The notes under the pieces: generated by a model
Database searches by the model: none
What the model was told of the DNA's origin: nothing
The model's input: only the letters and a program-made list of their open reading frames with translations
Part shown: piece by piece, positions 60,719-64,000 of the stretch
Numbering within the stretch: the first letter of the stretch is position 1
Layout of the letters: each line of letters starts with the position of its first letter
IMG/VR virus record: IMGVR_UViG_3300031133_000402
Reading direction: 5' to 3' (one strand)
DNA: 64,000 nt
Origin: an uncultured virus (IMG/VR IMGVR_UViG_3300031133_000402)
Taxonomy: Duplodnaviria > Heunggongvirae > Uroviricota > Caudoviricetes
Made by a program: the position numbers and the translations under genes

Positions 60719-61995
60719 GCGGCGCGGGGCGCCTGCAGCACCGCCCAGGGCTTCGCCGTCCGCGGAAGGCCGAGGGCCTTCTTGTCGGCGCGCTTGGCGA
60801 AGTCCGGCCCGCTGTGGAAGGTCCACCGACCGGGCGTCACGTCCAGCCGCACGACGTTCTTGGAGTAGCACTGCTCGTGGTGGGCCTGCGCGACGTCCGC
60901 CCACACCTCGGCGCCCGTCCAGACCGGCTCCGCTTCGCCGAGCGCCAGGTAGCGGTCGAGTTCGGTCTGCGCGTCGGCGTTGCCGCCATTCGTGATCAGA
61001 CGGATCGCCGTGTCGCGATCGAGCGCCGTGATGCGCCAGATGTCGCACGAGATCATGCCGACTTCGGTCCAGCCCTTCAGCGTCTTGGACCGCGCCTCGA
61101 TGAAGGCGATGTCGCCGGTCTCGTCGTGGCGGAACACGTTGACGCTGGTGTTGATGGTCTGGCGGAAGGCGAGGTCGTGACGCGCGGCGTGCACGCGCGT
61201 GCGCTCGAGGCAGCCCTTCTCGGATCCCAGGCTGAGCGCACTGTAATCCTCGCGACCGAAGTCGGTGCCCTCCTTGAAGCCCTCGACGCGCAGCGTGTCG
61301 GTGAGCAGCAGGCGACCGCTCGGCACGTCGATCCCGACGGCGACCAGCGGCAGCTCGCCCACGTCCTCGGCCGGTTCCAGCCGGTGCTCGTCGTTGCGCC
61401 GCATGAGCACGCCCTTCCAGTTCTCGAAGGTCATCTCGCAGCGGTCGCCGGTCTCGGCGTCCTGCGCCTCGATTGCCCAGCCCATGTGCTGGTCGCGGCT
61501 GGTGCCGCCGTCGAGGTCGGCGCAGATCTTCGCCCAGGCGGCCCGCACCTTCTCGTCGGTCGGCGGCACGTGCACGCCCGGCTCGCGATCGTCGCCTCGG
61601 CGCATGTCGTCCATCCGCACGAAGGCGCGGGTGAACACGTTCTTCGCCAGCGCGTTGATCAGCCAGATCGTGTGGTGGTCCTCGGGTTCGTTCGCCACGA
61701 AGGCGTTCCACGCGGTCGCCGACCAGACGTCGCGTCCGGCCAGACCGCCCGTGGCCGCGAGCCGGCCTTCTGACCGCAGCGCCTCGAGGTGGGCGCGCAG
61801 GGCTGGCTGGAAGATCTTGTCGTCGTGGAGCTTCAGACGCGCCTGGTCGGCGGAATCCAGCTCGCGCGCGGCGCGCTTCTGATCGTGGGTGTCGGCGGGC
61901 GTGTCGCCGTATCCCTCGAGCTCGCTGGCGCGCCACCAGCTGGCGTCGGCCACGACGGCGAAGGATTCGAGCGGATACAGGTCTGCGAAGGGCAT
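60715..61995 (-). CDS. Hypothetical protein
   Basis: 426 aa, AGGAG RBS. Confidence 0.85.
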   Translation of the reverse strand: MPFADLYPLESFAVVADASWWRASELEGYGDTPADTHDQKRAARELDSADQARLKLHDDKIFQPALRAHLEALRSEGRLAATGGLAGRDVWSATAWNAFVANEPEDHHTIWLINALAKNVFTRAFVRMDDMRRGDDREPGVHVPPTDEKVRAAWAKICADLDGGTSRDQHMGWAIEAQDAETGDRCEMTFENWKGVLMRRNDEHRLEPAEDVGELPLVAVGIDVPSGRLLLTDTLRVEGFKEGTDFGREDYSALSLGSEKGCLERTRVHAARHDLAFRQTINTSVNVFRHDETGDIAFIEARSKTLKGWTEVGMISCDIWRITALDRDTAIRLITNGGNADAQTELDRYLALGEAEPVWTGAEVWADVAQAHHEQCYSKNVVRLDVTPGRWTFHSGPDFAKRADKKALGLPRTAKPWAVLQAPRAA

Positions 61996-62111
61996 GGGGA
62001 TGCTCCTGGAGAGAGGATGTCTTTTCCCGCGAGGCGGGTCGTCACGGATTGCAACTCCGACACGGAAAACCGTGCCGGTCGTCGTCTACCGGGCGCTTGG
62101 TCGGCGCCCGG

Positions 62112-62312
62112 TCAGGCCTGCGTCAGGCGGTAGCGCACTCCGGAGCCGGGCAGGGCGCCGAGGCGCTCGACTTCGCCTGCGTGCACCATCTCGAGCAGCG
62201 GCGATGCGAGGCCCTCGCCCGCGCGCAGCGCGATGTCGGGATAGGTCGCCTCGCCCATCTGGCCGAGCACCGTGCGGATCGCCGCCTTGTTGCGGTCGTT
62301 CTGGCTCGACAT
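62112..62312 (-). CDS. Small winged-helix-like protein (tentative)
   Basis: MVHAGEVER...YRL pattern. Confidence 0.55.
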   Translation of the reverse strand: MSSQNDRNKAAIRTVLGQMGEATYPDIALRAGEGLASPLLEMVHAGEVERLGALPGSGVRYRLTQA

Positions 62313-62316
62313 CGGG

Positions 62317-62523
62317 TCAGCCCTGCACGCGCATGGGCATGCCGCGTGCGTCCGAGGGGTGCATGGTCGAGAGCCTCACGTCGATGAACGGCGTGCCGCG
62401 GGTCGCCATGGCGACGGTCTGGGTGCGGGTCGGCGTCAGACCGCGGCGGAGCGCCGCGCGGCCCAGGTTGCGCAGCCGGATGCCACGGCGGATGCCCTCG
62501 GCGCGCTGACGGTTGGTGATCAT
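62317..62523 (-). CDS. Small basic hypothetical protein
   Basis: GGGAGAAAAAAGC RBS. Confidence 0.6.
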   Translation of the reverse strand: MITNRQRAEGIRRGIRLRNLGRAALRRGLTPTRTQTVAMATRGTPFIDVRLSTMHPSDARGMPMRVQG

Positions 62524-62642
62524 GCTTTTTTCTCCCTCAGGATGGAATTACGAAAGCTTCCCAGGAAGAACATGAAAAATCCCGTCTCCGATGTAGATCG
62601 GAGCGGGGTTGCGGCCATCGTCGCCGACGGCCGCATTGTCGA

Positions 62643-63062
62643 TCAGATTCGGTGCACCGTGATGGTCGCGCCTTCGACGCCCGAGACGACCATCGCCTTG
62701 TTCGGGAGCGTATCCGCGTGCCATCTGATGTACGGTGCCAGATCGCGCTTGCCGCCGGTGACGGTGCCGTTGGGCTGTCCGCCGCTGATCGCCCATTCCC
62801 CGATGGCCTCGTCGACGACGCCGTTCGCGCCCTTGACCTGCATGAACGTCGACCCGTCCCCGTCGAACGTCATCTCGAGGCGGTTTGCGCCGGCCTTGCC
62901 CCGCCAGGTGCCGATCACGTCGCGCGCCCTGACGGTGGGTGTGGTCGCGTCGGCAGTCACCGCGGCGTCCACCTGCGCCAGAGGAGCGTCGACCGCATCG
63001 GGCTTGCTAGGTCCGCATGCCGCGGCCAGCAGGCACAGGGTCAGGATGATCGGCTTCGTCAT
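62643..63062 (-). CDS. Putative lipoprotein
   Basis: LAAAC lipobox; IGTW beta-barrel-like motif. Confidence 0.75.
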   Translation of the reverse strand: MTKPIILTLCLLAAACGPSKPDAVDAPLAQVDAAVTADATTPTVRARDVIGTWRGKAGANRLEMTFDGDGSTFMQVKGANGVVDEAIGEWAISGGQPNGTVTGGKRDLAPYIRWHADTLPNKAMVVSGVEGATITVHRI

Positions 63063-63166
63063 GTCGGTCCTTCTGGTCGGCCCGTCGATGGCCAGGGTCA
63101 TTGTAGCGCGATGCGCCTGATCGGAGAAGCGTCGAGAGGACGTTTCCGGATGGAGGCGGACGTGAG

Positions 63167-63664
63167 TCAGCGTCGTCCGATCCATCGCCAGGCGGGCGGC
63201 AGGTCGATGAGCAGCAGCGGTTCGCCGCCGGGCATCGACGACGTGATGGTTCGCATGTAGACGATGCGGACGTCGGCCAGATCCTCGGGCGCGTCGCGTC
63301 CCATGACCTCGCCCAGCCTGCGCCCGGCAGCCGCCGCGGCGATCGTCTCGGTCACCCTGTGTCCGGGCACCGCGATGGAGGGAGCAGTATAGGATCCGCC
63401 CTGGATCCGTGCGCCCAGAAGCCGCAGACGATCACCGGGGGCATCCCACCGGCCCTGCATCAGCGTGGGGTCGTGTCCGACGATGGTGGCGACGAATACT
63501 GATTCGCCTGTCTGGTGCGCGTTGCCGGAGTTGGTCCACCACTTGTCGGTGCCAGACACCGCCTTCATCGTCGCCCGCAGCGTGGTCATGGACTGCCCCG
63601 TGCGACGCATGATGGCGCGCGTGACCTGGTCGACCCGCAGGCCGGGAGGAAGCGGTTCGGTCAT
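63167..63664 (-). CDS. PET-GR-L paralog family member, minimal
   Basis: LRVDQVTRA; VTETIAAAAAGRRLGEVMG; ATGA coupled. Confidence 0.75.
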   Translation of the reverse strand: MTEPLPPGLRVDQVTRAIMRRTGQSMTTLRATMKAVSGTDKWWTNSGNAHQTGESVFVATIVGHDPTLMQGRWDAPGDRLRLLGARIQGGSYTAPSIAVPGHRVTETIAAAAAGRRLGEVMGRDAPEDLADVRIVYMRTITSSMPGGEPLLLIDLPPAWRWIGRR

Positions 63665-64000
63665 GTCGATCCCTTCCTCGTCCGCACGCCTGCGCCATCG
63701 GGCTCGGCCGTGTCCATCCAGGCGTCGACCTCGTGGCGCCATCGGCCGTTCTCGAACACGTGGACGGTCGATGCCACCGCCATGCGGTGGCATTCGAGAT
63801 CCCAGGCGCCCGCGAGTTCGACCGGACCTTCTGGCGATGACTCCCGATCCGACGTCACGCAGTCCGCGATCGTCGGGCCGACGCTGGAGAGATCTCCGAG
63901 CGCGACCAGGTCGGCGGCGGCCGCGCGCGTGCCGTAGTGCGTGCCCAGCACCGCCTCCAGGGCGCGCCCATCGGCGACCGTGATCGCCAGGAGGCCGTCG
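63661..64000 (-). CDS. Hypothetical phage-type protein, 5' end outside the window
   Basis: Frame open to the window end; HY...LVALGDLSS motif. Confidence 0.6.
   Translation of the reverse strand, partial: DGLLAITVADGRALEAVLGTHYGTRAAAADLVALGDLSSVGPTIADCVTSDRESSPEGPVELAGAWDLECHRMAVASTVHVFENGRWRHEVDAWMDTAEPDGAGVRTRKGST

Overview
A GC-rich, gene-dense window in which nearly all genes run on the minus strand as short, often translationally coupled hypothetical ORFs. It carries a class Ib ribonucleotide reductase operon (nrdHIEF) with NrdR-like boxes, a tRNA(CAU), a circularly permuted alphaproteobacterial tmRNA (tag ANDNEALAIAA), a free-standing HNH endonuclease, a PPP-type phosphatase and a HAD protein. 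I recognise no chromosomal housekeeping block and no virion or replication genes. The best reading (inference) is the accessory region of a jumbo phage or giant extrachromosomal element of a sphingomonad-like host. Three things stand out. (1) Two TnpB-only elements of about 1.7 kb (723-2411, 40957-42614) have imperfect terminal inverted repeats and 6-bp direct repeats, and both sit exactly between the Shine-Dalgarno and the ATG of the next gene. (2) About 21 dispersed paralogs share a C-terminal PET..GR.L.D...HP.LD domain fused to variable N-termini. (3) Three secreted Cys-rich proteins, two with thrombospondin-1-like repeats, share a post-signal D[IVL]VVMRRVI motif and an upstream TTTCAGGATG motif. 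All family calls come from motif recognition by eye; no searches were run, and many start codons were re-chosen from RBS or coupling evidence.
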